Assembly: GCA_027459825.1 (NCBI GenBank)
Contig: DAIDGT010000001.1
Span: 37,884 to 101,883 of the forward strand
Length of the DNA stretch: 64,000 nucleotides
Direction: 5' to 3'
Source: a bacterium
GTDB lineage: Bacteria > Patescibacteriota > Dojkabacteria > JAKAPS01 > JAJZLI01
In this document: positions 48,349 through 59,248 of the stretch, piece after piece
Numbering within the stretch: the first letter of the stretch is position 1
How the letters are laid out: the number at the start of each line of letters is the position of its first letter
Notes under the pieces: generated by a model
Told to the model about the DNA's origin: nothing
The model's input: the letters and a program-made list of their open reading frames with translations, nothing else
Database searches by the model: none
Made by a program: the position numbers and the translations under genes

Positions 48349-49086
48349 ATGATAGACATAAAACCTAAAAAGTCACTAGGACAAAACTTCCTTAAGGATA
48401 AAAATGTTATAAAAAAAATTGTATCTAACTTAAAAGAGAATGATTATGTACTTGAAGTTGGACCAGGAACAGGACAGATTACAAATGAGATATTAAAGAA
48501 AACAAAAAATTTATCTGTAGTAGAAATTGATAAAGAATTATCTCAATTTATACAAAATAAATATCCATCGATAACTGTATACACTGAAAACATATTAAAT
48601 TTCAAAATAGACACATATTTAGACCAATTTCATACAAAAAATTACAAGGTAATTGGAGCATTGCCATATCATATTTCCAAAGATATAATTTCCAAGTTTA
48701 TAAAAACAGATCCAAGACCAACAGATATGACATTTATAGTGCAAAAAGAAGTTGCAGATAAGTACTTATATGAAGGAAACCTACTGCATAATACACTCAA
48801 GATATATGCAAATGAAATTAAATCTTTAGGATTGGTACAAAAAACAAAATTCTACCCAATACCAAAAGTTGAAAGTAAAATTATATACATATGTAACCTA
48901 AAAAAGATTAATACTGAATCATATGAATTTGAAAACTTTTTAAAGAAGGCATATATGTTCCCAAGAAAAACACTGAAGAACAATAAAAATATAGCTTCAT
49001 TTGAATTTTATCAGAAAAGACCTGAAGAACTCTCCTATACAGATTGGCAAAATTTATTCTTAAAAAACAAATCAATTTCCCTTTAA
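48349..49086 (+). CDS. rsmA: 16S rRNA m6,2A dimethyltransferase
   Basis: KPKKSLGQNFL, VLEVGPGTG, VEID, ALPYHIS, FYPIPKVES. Confidence 0.93.
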   Translation: MIDIKPKKSLGQNFLKDKNVIKKIVSNLKENDYVLEVGPGTGQITNEILKKTKNLSVVEIDKELSQFIQNKYPSITVYTENILNFKIDTYLDQFHTKNYKVIGALPYHISKDIISKFIKTDPRPTDMTFIVQKEVADKYLYEGNLLHNTLKIYANEIKSLGLVQKTKFYPIPKVESKIIYICNLKKINTESYEFENFLKKAYMFPRKTLKNNKNIASFEFYQKRPEELSYTDWQNLFLKNKSISL

Positions 49087-49926
49087 TAAAACCAAAGATT
49101 GTATATATATAAACATTGACTGCACAAACCAATAAATAGATAGTGCAGCAGGAATAGGGCTGAGTACCCCAAGAGAAATTATAACTATAAATATAGGCAT
49201 AATATAGAGCATTTGTTTTGAAATAGCATTTCCCATTGCCATTGGATCCGCTTCCAAAGCATTCTTGTTTCCCCCTTTACTTTCCTGGAGTTCTAAAGAA
49301 AGATCTTCCTTTGCAACTTCATTCGAAGTATTAGGTAAAGACACTTTTGTGACAAGATATTGAGAGATACCTACTAAAATAGCAAGGATAATGTATGGAA
49401 TAATATGATAATCCCCTATTTTAAAATTAAAAGCATCTTTCCCAACATTAATAAAAAACATGTTTAAATTATAGTGATATGAGGTAGGATATTTAAGAAA
49501 AGGAAGGTACAACAGCTTATTAACTGCAATTGCTCCATTTTTTGACATCATTATGATAGCGGCATAAATTGCATATAAAAAAGGAATTTGCACTATTAAG
49601 GATAAACAGTTTCCTGTAGGATTAACACCTTCTTCTTTAAAAAGCTTCATCTGTTCTTCCCTAAGCTTAGTGAGGTCTCCTTTATATTTTTCCTGAATTT
49701 CTTTAAGTTTAGGCTGAACTTTTGCCATATTCCTTGAAGCTTTTATTTGACCTGCCTGCATTGGCCACAAAGCGAGTCTAAATAGTACAGTAATAAGAAT
49801 AACGGCAATTCCAAAATTTCCACCAGAAACTTTATATAAAAGAACTAATATATTTAAAATAGGATGAAAGAAAATATCATTCCAGATAAATCCAAATATA
49901 AAACCAAAAAAATGAAAAAAACTCAT
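49072..49926 (-). CDS. yidC: Membrane protein insertase YidC
   Basis: NFGIAVILITVLFRLALWP, QPKLKEIQEKY, GVNPTGNCL..IVQIP, ALSIYW; follows rnpA. Confidence 0.95.
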   Translation of the reverse strand: MSFFHFFGFIFGFIWNDIFFHPILNILVLLYKVSGGNFGIAVILITVLFRLALWPMQAGQIKASRNMAKVQPKLKEIQEKYKGDLTKLREEQMKLFKEEGVNPTGNCLSLIVQIPFLYAIYAAIIMMSKNGAIAVNKLLYLPFLKYPTSYHYNLNMFFINVGKDAFNFKIGDYHIIPYIILAILVGISQYLVTKVSLPNTSNEVAKEDLSLELQESKGGNKNALEADPMAMGNAISKQMLYIMPIFIVIISLGVLSPIPAALSIYWFVQSMFIYIQSLVLLKGN

Positions 49927-50261
49927 AATAATTTTGCCTTATCAAGCATCAATTTAATACTATTATTAATATCTTTATATTCCACACCCTTCCAATTACT
50001 ATAATTAGGATTTAAAACAAAAATTATATCATACCCAACTTTTATATCTCCAATAATTTCTCGTATTACAAATCGAAACCTTCTCTTTAGCTTATTTCTA
50101 AAATAGGCTTTCCCTACTTTTTTCTTTACAACAAAACCAAATCTAGAATAAATTTTTTCATTAGGAGAAAAAAACATTAAAAAGTATTCACATGATACTC
50201 TATCTTTCCCCTTATAGACCCTTTCAAAGTCTCTTCTTAATCTATTTATTCTTGGAAGCAT
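49923..50261 (-). CDS. rnpA: Ribonuclease P protein component
   Basis: MLPRINRL, RFGFVVKKKVGKAYFRNKLKRR. Confidence 0.93.
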   Translation of the reverse strand: MLPRINRLRRDFERVYKGKDRVSCEYFLMFFSPNEKIYSRFGFVVKKKVGKAYFRNKLKRRFRFVIREIIGDIKVGYDIIFVLNPNYSNWKGVEYKDINNSIKLMLDKAKLL

Positions 50262-50273
50262 TACTCCTCGTAA

Positions 50274-50459
50274 TTATCTTATCTTATTCCTAGGTTTTTT
50301 CCCAATCTTTCGAAATATATCAGAAACAGACAAAGAAGATCTACCTTTACTACGCCTTCTTGATATAGTTGCCCTTCCAGAATGAGAAGACATTCTAGAT
50401 CTGAAACCAAATTTTCTCAAAGTTTTTAATTTTTTAGGCTGATATGTTCTTTTAGTCAT
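50274..50459 (-). CDS. rpmH: 50S ribosomal protein L34 (start ATG 50459) with C-terminal extension
   Basis: [10 protein letters not shown]....KFGFRSRM...[12 protein letters not shown]. Confidence 0.93.
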   Translation of the reverse strand: MTKRTYQPKKLKTLRKFGFRSRMSSHSGRATISRRRSKGRSSLSVSDIFRKIGKKPRNKIR

Positions 50460-50518
50460 AATTATTCCTGTTATTATACACAAGATAAGCCATATCTTCA
50501 ATAGAAGATATTCAAAAA

Positions 50519-50547
50519 TTGACAAGTATTTTTAATAGAGGTATAAC
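50519..50547 (+). promoter_or_regulatory. Sigma70-type promoter for the ACD-phosphoketolase operon
   Basis: TTGACA-17 bp-TATAAC. Confidence 0.65.
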
Positions 50548-50569
50548 ATTGAGGATAGTTTCAAATTTA

Positions 50570-52654
50570 ATGGATACTCTATTTAACCCTTCATCGGTTG
50601 CAGTAATTGGTGCAAGTTTAAATCCCAATAAGTTAGGATATAGCATATTAAAAAATATATTGGATTACGGTTTTGAAGGAAAAATATTCCCAGTAAATAT
50701 AAAATACGACAATATATTAGGTCATAAAGTATATAGATCCATATTAGATATAGAGGAAATTATTGATGACGCTATAATTGTAATTCCGGCAAATATAGTC
50801 AATAAAGTTGTAAGGGAATGCGCCCAGGCACATGTAAAAAATGCTATTATCATATCCTCTGGTTTTAAAGAATCAGGAGAAGGGGGAAGAATTAGAGAAG
50901 AAGAACTCATTAATATAGCAAAGGAAGGAAATTTAAGGATAGTTGGACCCAATTCTCTAGGGATAATATCTAGTAAAAATAAACTAAACGCAACATTTGC
51001 ATCAGAGCAATCAGCTCCACTACTAGGGAATATATATTTACTGTCACAATCAGGGGCAGTTGCGACATCAATGCTTGATTGGGCAAGAGAAAATAATATT
51101 GGATTCTCAAGATTTGTATCAATTGGAAATAAAGCAGATTTTAGTGAGAACGATTTTATAGAAGATACAAAGGAAGGAGAAATCGTTGCTATCTATTTAG
51201 AAAGTTTAAAGGATGGAAAAATATTAAGAAAAATCGCAGAAAAGATTACTCAAAAAAATCCTATAGTTGTCTTGATGCCAGGAAAATCAAAAAAAATAGG
51301 GAGTATCATGATGTCACATTCAGGATCAATGGCTACAGACCACATACTTCTATCAACATTATTTAAACAAACAGGAATGATTGAAGTCGATAGCCTAGAA
51401 AAAATGTTTAATGTAATAAAAACATTATCATTCTCTAATACATTACCTAAAGGTAACAAAACTGCAATTATTACAAATGCAGGCGGACCAGCCGTAATTA
51501 CAACAGATACACTAATGCAGGAGAACATGGAACTTGCTTCTTTAGAAGATGAAACACAGAACAATCTAAAAAAGATTCTTCCTGAACAATCAAATGTTCA
51601 TAATCCAATAGATTTAATAGGAGATGCGCAGGAAGATAGATACTCTAATGCGATAAAAATTATAGGGAAAGATAAGAATGTAGACAATATTATTGTAATC
51701 CTGACACCCCAGATTACGACACAAGTAGAGAAAACTGCGGAGAGCATATCTAAATTGTCAAAAGAAATAAATAAGAATATATTCGTATCCTTCATAGGTG
51801 GATATTCTGTACAGAAAGGAATTCAAATACTGGACCAGGCCAGAATCCCTAATTTTCCATTTCCAGAACAGGCAGTATATACAATACATAAACTATATAA
51901 ATATACACAGTATAAAGAAAATGCTAAAGAGGAAAATATTGAGCAACCTCAAGATACAACAAGGTCTAACACCATATTAGAAATATTCCAACATTTTAAA
52001 GATACCAAGGTACTTGATCCATATAGTGCAGATAGCATTTTAAAAAATGTAGGAATACCTACTCCACAAGTAATACAAATAAAGAGTCTTGAAGAAGCTA
52101 ATAATGCATCACAAAAGATAGGATACCCAGTGGTAATGAAATTATCATCAGAAAAGATATTACATAAATCAGATGTTAATGCAGTAATTACAGATATAAA
52201 TAACTATAATGAGTTAGAATATGCCTATAAGATAATATATAGTTCTCTACAAAAAATAAATGATAATAATGCTTCTATAATAATACAAAAGCAGATACTA
52301 GGAGGAGTAAATGTAATAGTTGGGATGGTAAAACATGCAAATATAGGAAACCTAATATTATTTGGAATGGGAGGTGTATATACTCAACTTTTTAAAGACA
52401 TATCTACAAGACTATCCCCTATATCAAAAAGAAATGTATTGCAAATGATTAATGAAACTAAAGCGTCTTACCTACTGCGAGGGTATAGAGGAGATAAACC
52501 AAAGGATATTGATAAACTTGTGGATTTAATAATTACAGTTTCAAATATCTCACAAGAATACCCTGAAATATCTCAAATAGATATAAACCCGGCAATAATA
52601 CTAAATAAGGGTAGTGGGATATACTGTGTTGACAGTAAAATTATTTTGGAATAA
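50570..52654 (+). CDS. ADP-forming acetate/acyl-CoA ligase (ACD), fused alpha-beta; likely start 50570
   Basis: LFNPSSVAVIGAS, IISSGFKE, GPNSLG, SQSGA, SIGNKAD, SHSGSMA (alpha phospho-His), ITNAGGPAV, NPIDLIGDA; ATP-grasp GYPVVMK..S..ILHKSD, DINP. Confidence 0.9.
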   Translation: MDTLFNPSSVAVIGASLNPNKLGYSILKNILDYGFEGKIFPVNIKYDNILGHKVYRSILDIEEIIDDAIIVIPANIVNKVVRECAQAHVKNAIIISSGFKESGEGGRIREEELINIAKEGNLRIVGPNSLGIISSKNKLNATFASEQSAPLLGNIYLLSQSGAVATSMLDWARENNIGFSRFVSIGNKADFSENDFIEDTKEGEIVAIYLESLKDGKILRKIAEKITQKNPIVVLMPGKSKKIGSIMMSHSGSMATDHILLSTLFKQTGMIEVDSLEKMFNVIKTLSFSNTLPKGNKTAIITNAGGPAVITTDTLMQENMELASLEDETQNNLKKILPEQSNVHNPIDLIGDAQEDRYSNAIKIIGKDKNVDNIIVILTPQITTQVEKTAESISKLSKEINKNIFVSFIGGYSVQKGIQILDQARIPNFPFPEQAVYTIHKLYKYTQYKENAKEENIEQPQDTTRSNTILEIFQHFKDTKVLDPYSADSILKNVGIPTPQVIQIKSLEEANNASQKIGYPVVMKLSSEKILHKSDVNAVITDINNYNELEYAYKIIYSSLQKINDNNASIIIQKQILGGVNVIVGMVKHANIGNLILFGMGGVYTQLFKDISTRLSPISKRNVLQMINETKASYLLRGYRGDKPKDIDKLVDLIITVSNISQEYPEISQIDINPAIILNKGSGIYCVDSKIILE

Positions 52655-52668
52655 CCTAAAAGTGAAAA

Positions 52669-55074
52669 ATGAAAAGTTTTACAAATGTAACCAAAAGACC
52701 TGAAAGCGTTAGAGATACAAGAAGAGAGTATGGAGAAAAACTAAATTCCATATCAAAATATAGAAGAATAGTAGATTACCTCGCAGCAGCCCAATTATAT
52801 TTAAAAGACAATTTTTTATTAGAAAAACCTCTTGAGCCATCACACATAAAAGATAGGCTATTAGGGCATTGGGGAACTTGCCCGGGCATTAATTTAATTT
52901 ATGCTCACCTTAATAGAATTATTAATGAATTTAATGCAAATATATTGCTTATTACAGGACCAGGTCATGGATCACCTGCAAATAGGGCAAATTTATATAT
53001 AGAAGGAACTTTAAGCGAATATTTTGACAAATTAACAATGGATTATAATGGGATATCATGGTTAATTAAAGGTTTTAGTTGGCCAGGAGGTTTTCCAAGT
53101 CACCTTGACCCTGCCCTACCAAGCGTAATTAATGAAGGAGGAGAATTAGGGTACTCGCTTGCAATTGCATATGGAGCAGCCTTAGATAATCCTGACCTTA
53201 TCGTAGCGTGCATTATTGGAGATGGAGAAGCAGAAACAGGACCTTTGTCAGCCTCATGGCAAGGGAATAAGTTTATAAACCCGATATCTTCAGGTGCAGT
53301 TTTACCAATATTACATCTCAATGGATACAAAATATCAACACCAACAATATTGGGAACAATGGGGAATTCAGAATTAACAAACTACTTTAATGGTCTTGGT
53401 TATGACGTACACATAGCAGATGACACAGACATAGATGCAGACATTTATTCTGCAATGGACTGGGCGTACCAAAGAATAAAACTTATCCAAGAAACAGCAA
53501 GGTCATCAAAATCAAATGTACTACTAAGATGGCCAATGATTATTATGAAAACTCCAAAAGGAATGGGAGGAATAAAAGACCTTGATGGAAAAAGAATAGA
53601 AGGGTCGTTTAGATCTCACCAGGTACCAGTTATGGATCCTAAAACGAATCCTATGCATTTAAAAAATGTAGAAAATTGGCTCAAATCATACAATATACAT
53701 GAGCTAATAAACCAAAATGGCAAGATAATAGAAGAGGTATTAGACATTTGTCCAAAGGGAGATAAAAGGCTTGGTAAAAATATCCATGCATTTGCAGGAG
53801 ATATTCGAAAAGAGTTAATATTACCCGATATATCTAATTATTATTTTAAATTTGAACAAAGAGGAGAACTCCATACCAGTGGGTTGGAAAGGTCAGGAGA
53901 ATACCTACGAGATACCATAGAACAAAATGAGAACACCAAGAATATCAGAATCTTTTCTCCAGATGAACTATTATCGAATAAACTAGGAAGTATATTTGAA
54001 GTCACAGATAGATGCTATATGTATCCAACTAAATCTTATGATGACTTTATCTCGCCAGATGGGAGAGTTATAGAAATATTATCAGAACATGTATGCCAAG
54101 GTTTACTACAAGGATATATCCTTACAGGAAGACATGGGATATTTCCAAGCTATGAAGCATTTATGCCAATTATAGATAGCATGGTTAATCAGTATGCAAA
54201 ATTTTTAAAAATATCATTGGAAATTCCATGGAGAAAGCCAGTCTCATCTATGAATTATTTTTTAACATCTCTAAGCTGGCGACAAGAGCATAACGGATAC
54301 TCTCACCAATCTCCAGGATTTGTAAACAATTTACTAAACAAAAAAAATAAAATAGTAAATATATTTTTACCTCCTGACCCTAATTTTACACTATACACAC
54401 TGGATCAATGTTTAAAAGTCAAAAATAAAATAAATATTATTGTTGCGGGAAAGGATGAAAGACCAAACCTACTTACAGGGAAAGAAATAGAGGAACAATT
54501 TGAAAAAGGAATGGCTATATGGAAATGGGCAGGAAATGAAGATGAAGGAAACGCAGATATTGTACTTACAGGAATTGGGGATTACACAACTGAGGAGATA
54601 CTTGCCTCCGTGGAAATATTGAAGCAAGATGCTCCATTCATAAAGGTTAGAGTAGTAAATGTATCAAGTCTTCTTGTACTTGAACCGCCATCAATATACT
54701 CAAATGGAGCAACAGAAGAAGAATTCGAAGAAATATTTACAAAGGATAAGCCAGTCATAATGAATTTTATTGGATATGTTTCTGCGATAAAACAACTACT
54801 ATTTGATAGGCGCAATAATTCTAGATTTAATATAAATGGATACATGGAAGAAGGAACAACTACTACTCCATTTGATATGCATGTAAGAAATCATACAAGT
54901 AGATACCAGATAGCAATACAAGTAATTGATATATTAGAAAAACAAAACCCTAAAGTAAAAGAAATTGGAAACAGATTAAAAAGTAAATACGAAAAAATAC
55001 TTGAAGAGTTCGAAAAATATATTGACCAATACGGAGAAGATCCAAAGTCCATAACAAATTGGAGAATTATTTAG
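52669..55074 (+). CDS. xfp: Xylulose-5-P/fructose-6-P phosphoketolase
   Basis: LLGHWGTCPG, GPGHG, EGGELGYSL, GDGEAETGPL, LHLNGYKI, FSPDE, EILSEH, WRQEHNGYSHQ.PGF, GYMEEGTTTTPFDM. Confidence 0.96.
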   Translation: MKSFTNVTKRPESVRDTRREYGEKLNSISKYRRIVDYLAAAQLYLKDNFLLEKPLEPSHIKDRLLGHWGTCPGINLIYAHLNRIINEFNANILLITGPGHGSPANRANLYIEGTLSEYFDKLTMDYNGISWLIKGFSWPGGFPSHLDPALPSVINEGGELGYSLAIAYGAALDNPDLIVACIIGDGEAETGPLSASWQGNKFINPISSGAVLPILHLNGYKISTPTILGTMGNSELTNYFNGLGYDVHIADDTDIDADIYSAMDWAYQRIKLIQETARSSKSNVLLRWPMIIMKTPKGMGGIKDLDGKRIEGSFRSHQVPVMDPKTNPMHLKNVENWLKSYNIHELINQNGKIIEEVLDICPKGDKRLGKNIHAFAGDIRKELILPDISNYYFKFEQRGELHTSGLERSGEYLRDTIEQNENTKNIRIFSPDELLSNKLGSIFEVTDRCYMYPTKSYDDFISPDGRVIEILSEHVCQGLLQGYILTGRHGIFPSYEAFMPIIDSMVNQYAKFLKISLEIPWRKPVSSMNYFLTSLSWRQEHNGYSHQSPGFVNNLLNKKNKIVNIFLPPDPNFTLYTLDQCLKVKNKINIIVAGKDERPNLLTGKEIEEQFEKGMAIWKWAGNEDEGNADIVLTGIGDYTTEEILASVEILKQDAPFIKVRVVNVSSLLVLEPPSIYSNGATEEEFEEIFTKDKPVIMNFIGYVSAIKQLLFDRRNNSRFNINGYMEEGTTTTPFDMHVRNHTSRYQIAIQVIDILEKQNPKVKEIGNRLKSKYEKILEEFEKYIDQYGEDPKSITNWRII

Positions 55075-55429
55075 GAGGATGTTTTATTCTGAAAAATATC
55101 ATTCTATTAAGAGACCCACCATAAGCTTCGATTCTATGATAAGTATTAGGGGGAATCACAATAACATCTCCACTCTTGTACACTTCTTTTTCTCCACTAT
55201 CTCCATACAAAACCTCCCCTTCTCCTTCTAGTACCAATGCAAACTCATCCATATCTATATGCTCATGCCAATCAAAGTATTTGCCTGGTTCTAAATAATC
55301 AATTGCAAAAATATCAAGGTTCAAGTTATTCAAAGTCATGCCATCAAGAAGTTTTCTTCTTAAACCAGCATTATCATGTGTACCTTCCTCTTTAATAGTA
55401 TTAACTTTAAAAATTTTTACTTTATGCAT
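55067..55429 (-). CDS. Cupin-domain protein
   Basis: PG...WHEH..DE...VLEGEG and GDVIVIPPNTYHRI motifs. Confidence 0.85.
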   Translation of the reverse strand: MHKVKIFKVNTIKEEGTHDNAGLRRKLLDGMTLNNLNLDIFAIDYLEPGKYFDWHEHIDMDEFALVLEGEGEVLYGDSGEKEVYKSGDVIVIPPNTYHRIEAYGGSLNRMIFFRIKHPPK

Positions 55430-55527
55430 ATTAAACTGTATTTATTATATTTCCAAATGTATAAACATTCAATATATAAAACATTTACTGTATTTATAAA
55501 TAATCATATGCTATCCTACTAGATAAT

Positions 55528-55968
55528 ATGATATATATAGCATCTGACCATGCAGGGTTTGAATTAAAAAATAAGATTACAAAGTTCCTTGACGAAGCAC
55601 AAAAAGAATATGAAGACTTAGGTCCCCACACATTCGACCCCGCTGACGATTATCCAAATTTTGCAAAATTAGTTGCAGAAAGGGTACTTCAAAATAACAG
55701 CAACACAGGGGTATTGATATGTGATACAGGCATAGGGATGGATATAACAGCAAATAAATTTAAAGGCATTCGTGCAGCACTTTGTCATGACACATTTCAA
55801 GCCATGAGAGCAAAAATGCACAATGATGCAAATATATTAGTTATGGCAGCGGAATACGAAGGAAAGAGCGATATATATAAGGATATAATTACAACATTTT
55901 TAAATACTCCATTCTCTGATGAAGAAAGGCATACCAGAAGAATTAAAGAAATAGATAATATATGTTAA
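55528..55968 (+). CDS. rpiB: Ribose-5-phosphate isomerase B
   Basis: IASDHAGFELK, DYP, ICDTGIGM.ITANK..GIRAA, HNDANIL, RH.RRI. Confidence 0.93.
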   Translation: MIYIASDHAGFELKNKITKFLDEAQKEYEDLGPHTFDPADDYPNFAKLVAERVLQNNSNTGVLICDTGIGMDITANKFKGIRAALCHDTFQAMRAKMHNDANILVMAAEYEGKSDIYKDIITTFLNTPFSDEERHTRRIKEIDNIC

Positions 55969-56582
55969 TAATTCCCGCAATATTAGAAACTACACTTGAT
56001 GAAGTAAAAAGTAAAATAGATCTACTAAAAAATGATTCTAAAAAATTTCATATTGATATCATGGATAGTACCATTACCCCTGAAAGATCAATACCAATAC
56101 ATGAGATTCCAATGATACCCGAAGTGAAATATGAACTACACCTCATGGTGAAAAAACCTTCTGAATATATAGTGGAAGTAAGAAAGATTAAACCATACAA
56201 AATAATTATACACTCAGAAATACCCAGCATAAACTCAGAAATTGAAAAAGTAAGAGGCTTGTGGGATGTATATGTAGCAATTGATATTACAACCTCTGCA
56301 GAACAGGTAATCCCAATGTTAAAAAAGGTCAACGGGGTATTGGTTATGTCTGTTCCTATAGGGAAAACTGGACAAAAATTTCATAAAGAAGCATTGAATA
56401 AAATAAAATATTTATCAAAATATACTAAAAATATAGAAATTGATGGAGGAGTGAATCTTCGAAATATATCACAATGCGCAAAATTAAATGTATCTGAATT
56501 TGCAATATCAAGCGGAATATATAAAGGACATAATCCAAAGAGTAACCTTACACAATTAAAAAAAATAGTAAGAAGGGTGTAA
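55962..56582 (+). CDS. rpe: Ribulose-phosphate 3-epimerase
   Basis: IIPAIL, HIDIMD, ELHLMV, LVMSV..G..GQ.F, IEIDGGVN. Confidence 0.88.
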   Translation: MLIIPAILETTLDEVKSKIDLLKNDSKKFHIDIMDSTITPERSIPIHEIPMIPEVKYELHLMVKKPSEYIVEVRKIKPYKIIIHSEIPSINSEIEKVRGLWDVYVAIDITTSAEQVIPMLKKVNGVLVMSVPIGKTGQKFHKEALNKIKYLSKYTKNIEIDGGVNLRNISQCAKLNVSEFAISSGIYKGHNPKSNLTQLKKIVRRV

Positions 56583-56600
56583 TACTATATTACAAATAAT

Positions 56601-56633
56601 AAAGGCTGTGAATTTTTCACAGCCTTTTTCTTT
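56601..56633. terminator. Bidirectional intrinsic terminator between convergent rpe and dnaK
   Basis: aaaggctgtgaa-ttt-ttcacagccttt stem with A- and T-rich flanks. Confidence 0.85.
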
Positions 56634-56650
56634 ATATACCCAGATATAAT

Positions 56651-58591
56651 TTAGTTAACGACTTCTCCTTCCTTAACTCCATCACCAGAGCCTGGGTTTG
56701 TCTCATCTCCTCCAGGATTTTGGGATCCATTATCTTGATTTCCACCTTCATTTGGATTTACACCATCTGTTGGATTTGTATCTCCTCCTTGAGGAATTGA
56801 ACTTATAACATCCTGCATAACATTGTCCATATCTGATAAAGCACTCTTAAGGGCACTTTCATCAAAATCCTCTTGAGATATTATATCCTTAATTGATTGC
56901 AATTTTTGAGAGAGAGCATCCTGTTTATCCTGTGGAATTTTCTCCTTATTTTCTTCAAGGAATTTTTCAGCAGAAAAGACAGCAGTATCAGCAGTATTTT
57001 TCATATCAATCTTCTCTTTTTTCTTTTTATCTTCAGCCTCATGCTCCTTAGCCTCATTAACCATCCTTTCTATTTCATCTTCTGACAAAGAAGTGTTTGC
57101 TGTAATAGTTATATGCTGTTGCTTACCAGAAGTCTTATCTTGTGCACTAACTTTCAGTATCCCATTTGCATCAATATCAAAAGCAACTTCTATCTGAGGT
57201 ATTCCTCTTCTCTGTGGTGGAATACCATCCAGAATAAATCTTCCTAAAGTTTTATTATCTGCCGCCATTTCTCTCTCCCCCTGTAAAATATGAATTTCAA
57301 CAGAAGTTTGATTATCAGCTGCAGTTGTAAATGTTTGCTTCTTTTGAATAGGAATAGTAGAATTCCTTTCAACAAGCTTTGTGCAAACACCACCAAGAGT
57401 TTCAATCCCTAAAGATAAAGGAGTAACATCAAGTAGAGTTACATCTCTTACATCACCTGCTAAAACTCCTCCCTGAACAGCTGCGCCAACGGCAACAACT
57501 TCATCTGGATTTACACTCTTATTTGGTTCCTTTCCAAAAAATTTCTTTACAGCTTCAACAACAGCAGGCATTCTTGTCATACCACCAACAAGTATTACCT
57601 CATGAATATCAGATACTTGTTTCTTTGCATCTGCCAAAGCTTTTTTCAGAGGCTCAATCGTGTTATCAATCAAATCTTTAACCAATTTTTCAAGTTGAGC
57701 CTTAGTCATTGTCATGTTTAAATGCTTAGGGCCAGAAGAATCTGCTGTAATAAACGGAAGATTTATTTGTGTCTGAGCGGTAGAAGATAATTCTATCTTA
57801 GCTTTCTCTGCAGCTTCTTTCAATCTTTGCAAAGCAGCAGAGTCAGATCTGAGATCTACTCCATTTGTTTTTTTAAACTCATCTGCGATATAGTCAATAA
57901 TTCGCCTATCAAAATCATCTCCTCCAAGATGAGTATCTCCATTTGTTGCAATAACTTCAAAAATTCCATCCCCAAGCTCAAGAACAGAAACATCAAAAGT
58001 CCCTCCACCAAGATCATAAACAACAACTGTCTGCTCACCTTTCTTATCAAAACCATAAGCTAGAGCAGCTGCAGTTGGCTCATTAATTATCCTTTTAACA
58101 TCCAAACCTGCAATTTTTCCTGCATTCTTGGTTGCCTGTCTCTGAGAATCATCAAAATACGCAGGAACTGTAATAACAGCTTCAGTAACTTTCTCCCCAA
58201 GGAAACTCTCTGCATCAGTTTTTAGTTTAGAAAGAACCATAGCAGAAATAGCCTCAGGAGCTAACCATTCATCACCAAAATGAACTTCAACTCCACCTGA
58301 AGAAGATTTCCTAATTTCAAAAGGAAAAACTTTTAAATCTCTTTGCACTTCAGGATCACTAAAATTCCTACCAATCAGCCTTTTAATTGAATAAAAAGTC
58401 TCTTTTGGATTTAAAACCATTTGATTTTTTGCGCTAATACCCACTGCCCTAGATTTATCTGGAAGTATTGCTACCACAGAAGGGGTTGTTCTTGCTCCTT
58501 CGCTATTTGGGATAACAGAAGGAGAACCTCCCTCCATAAAAGCGACCGCGCTATTTGTTGTTCCTAAATCAATTCCTATTATTTTTGACAT
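56651..58591 (-). CDS. dnaK: Chaperone DnaK
   Basis: [53 protein letters not shown]. Confidence 0.99.
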   Translation of the reverse strand: MSKIIGIDLGTTNSAVAFMEGGSPSVIPNSEGARTTPSVVAILPDKSRAVGISAKNQMVLNPKETFYSIKRLIGRNFSDPEVQRDLKVFPFEIRKSSSGGVEVHFGDEWLAPEAISAMVLSKLKTDAESFLGEKVTEAVITVPAYFDDSQRQATKNAGKIAGLDVKRIINEPTAAALAYGFDKKGEQTVVVYDLGGGTFDVSVLELGDGIFEVIATNGDTHLGGDDFDRRIIDYIADEFKKTNGVDLRSDSAALQRLKEAAEKAKIELSSTAQTQINLPFITADSSGPKHLNMTMTKAQLEKLVKDLIDNTIEPLKKALADAKKQVSDIHEVILVGGMTRMPAVVEAVKKFFGKEPNKSVNPDEVVAVGAAVQGGVLAGDVRDVTLLDVTPLSLGIETLGGVCTKLVERNSTIPIQKKQTFTTAADNQTSVEIHILQGEREMAADNKTLGRFILDGIPPQRRGIPQIEVAFDIDANGILKVSAQDKTSGKQQHITITANTSLSEDEIERMVNEAKEHEAEDKKKKEKIDMKNTADTAVFSAEKFLEENKEKIPQDKQDALSQKLQSIKDIISQEDFDESALKSALSDMDNVMQDVISSIPQGGDTNPTDGVNPNEGGNQDNGSQNPGGDETNPGSGDGVKEGEVVN

Positions 58592-58615
58592 AAATTTATA
58601 ATAACTAAAATAAAA

Positions 58616-59221
58616 TTAAATTTGTTTCTTCGATACAATAACCCTTACAGGTCTTATAACTTTACCATTTTTTAAATAACCAACCCTTACAATTTCAGTA
58701 ACTTTATTATCTTCATCTCCAACGACAGTACCGACAACTTCACTATCTAAAGGAGAATAATTATCTCCAACTTTAACATTTTGAACTTCTAAACCTTGAG
58801 ATTTAACAATATCCATACATTTTGAATAAATGTTTCTTATTCCTTCCATAAAAGGAGAAGATTCTCCATTTTTCTCCATATGAGCAACATATAGGTTAAT
58901 ATCGTCAACTATATCTAAAAATTGCCTTAATATAATACTGTCAGACATGCTTTGAGCATTTGACTTATCAACTTCTACTCGCTTTTTAAGATTTTGGTAA
59001 TCTGAAAGAGCATTCTTAAGAGAAGATAATGCGTTCTGATAGGAAGTATTTAAATCATCCTTTTCTTTATCCTTATCCTCAATAATTTTCTTTAGATCCG
59101 CAATCTCCTTTTCCTTATCATCTAGAGTTTTAACCATTTCTTCTTTTATAAAAGAAACATCTGAACTCTCTTTTTTTAACTCATTATTATTCTTTTTTTT
59201 ATGTTTTTTTTGTGTTTCCAT
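58616..59221 (-). CDS. grpE: Nucleotide exchange factor GrpE
   Basis: SDYQNLKKR, coiled coil, GY.KNGKVIRPVRVIVS; lies between hrcA and dnaK. Confidence 0.9.
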   Translation of the reverse strand: METQKKHKKKNNNELKKESSDVSFIKEEMVKTLDDKEKEIADLKKIIEDKDKEKDDLNTSYQNALSSLKNALSDYQNLKKRVEVDKSNAQSMSDSIILRQFLDIVDDINLYVAHMEKNGESSPFMEGIRNIYSKCMDIVKSQGLEVQNVKVGDNYSPLDSEVVGTVVGDEDNKVTEIVRVGYLKNGKVIRPVRVIVSKKQI

Positions 59222-59248
59222 AATATATCCTATAAATAAACTATAAAA

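Noticed and set aside
50460-50570. Replication origin next to rpmH
   Set aside because: Only one DnaA-box match, which doubles as the extended -10; no dnaA or dnaN; no change in strand bias.
56654-56790. G/N/P/D-rich quasi-repeats at the DnaK C-terminus (GGDTNP...GGDETNP)
   Set aside because: This is an ordinary disordered DnaK tail, not a separate repeat element.
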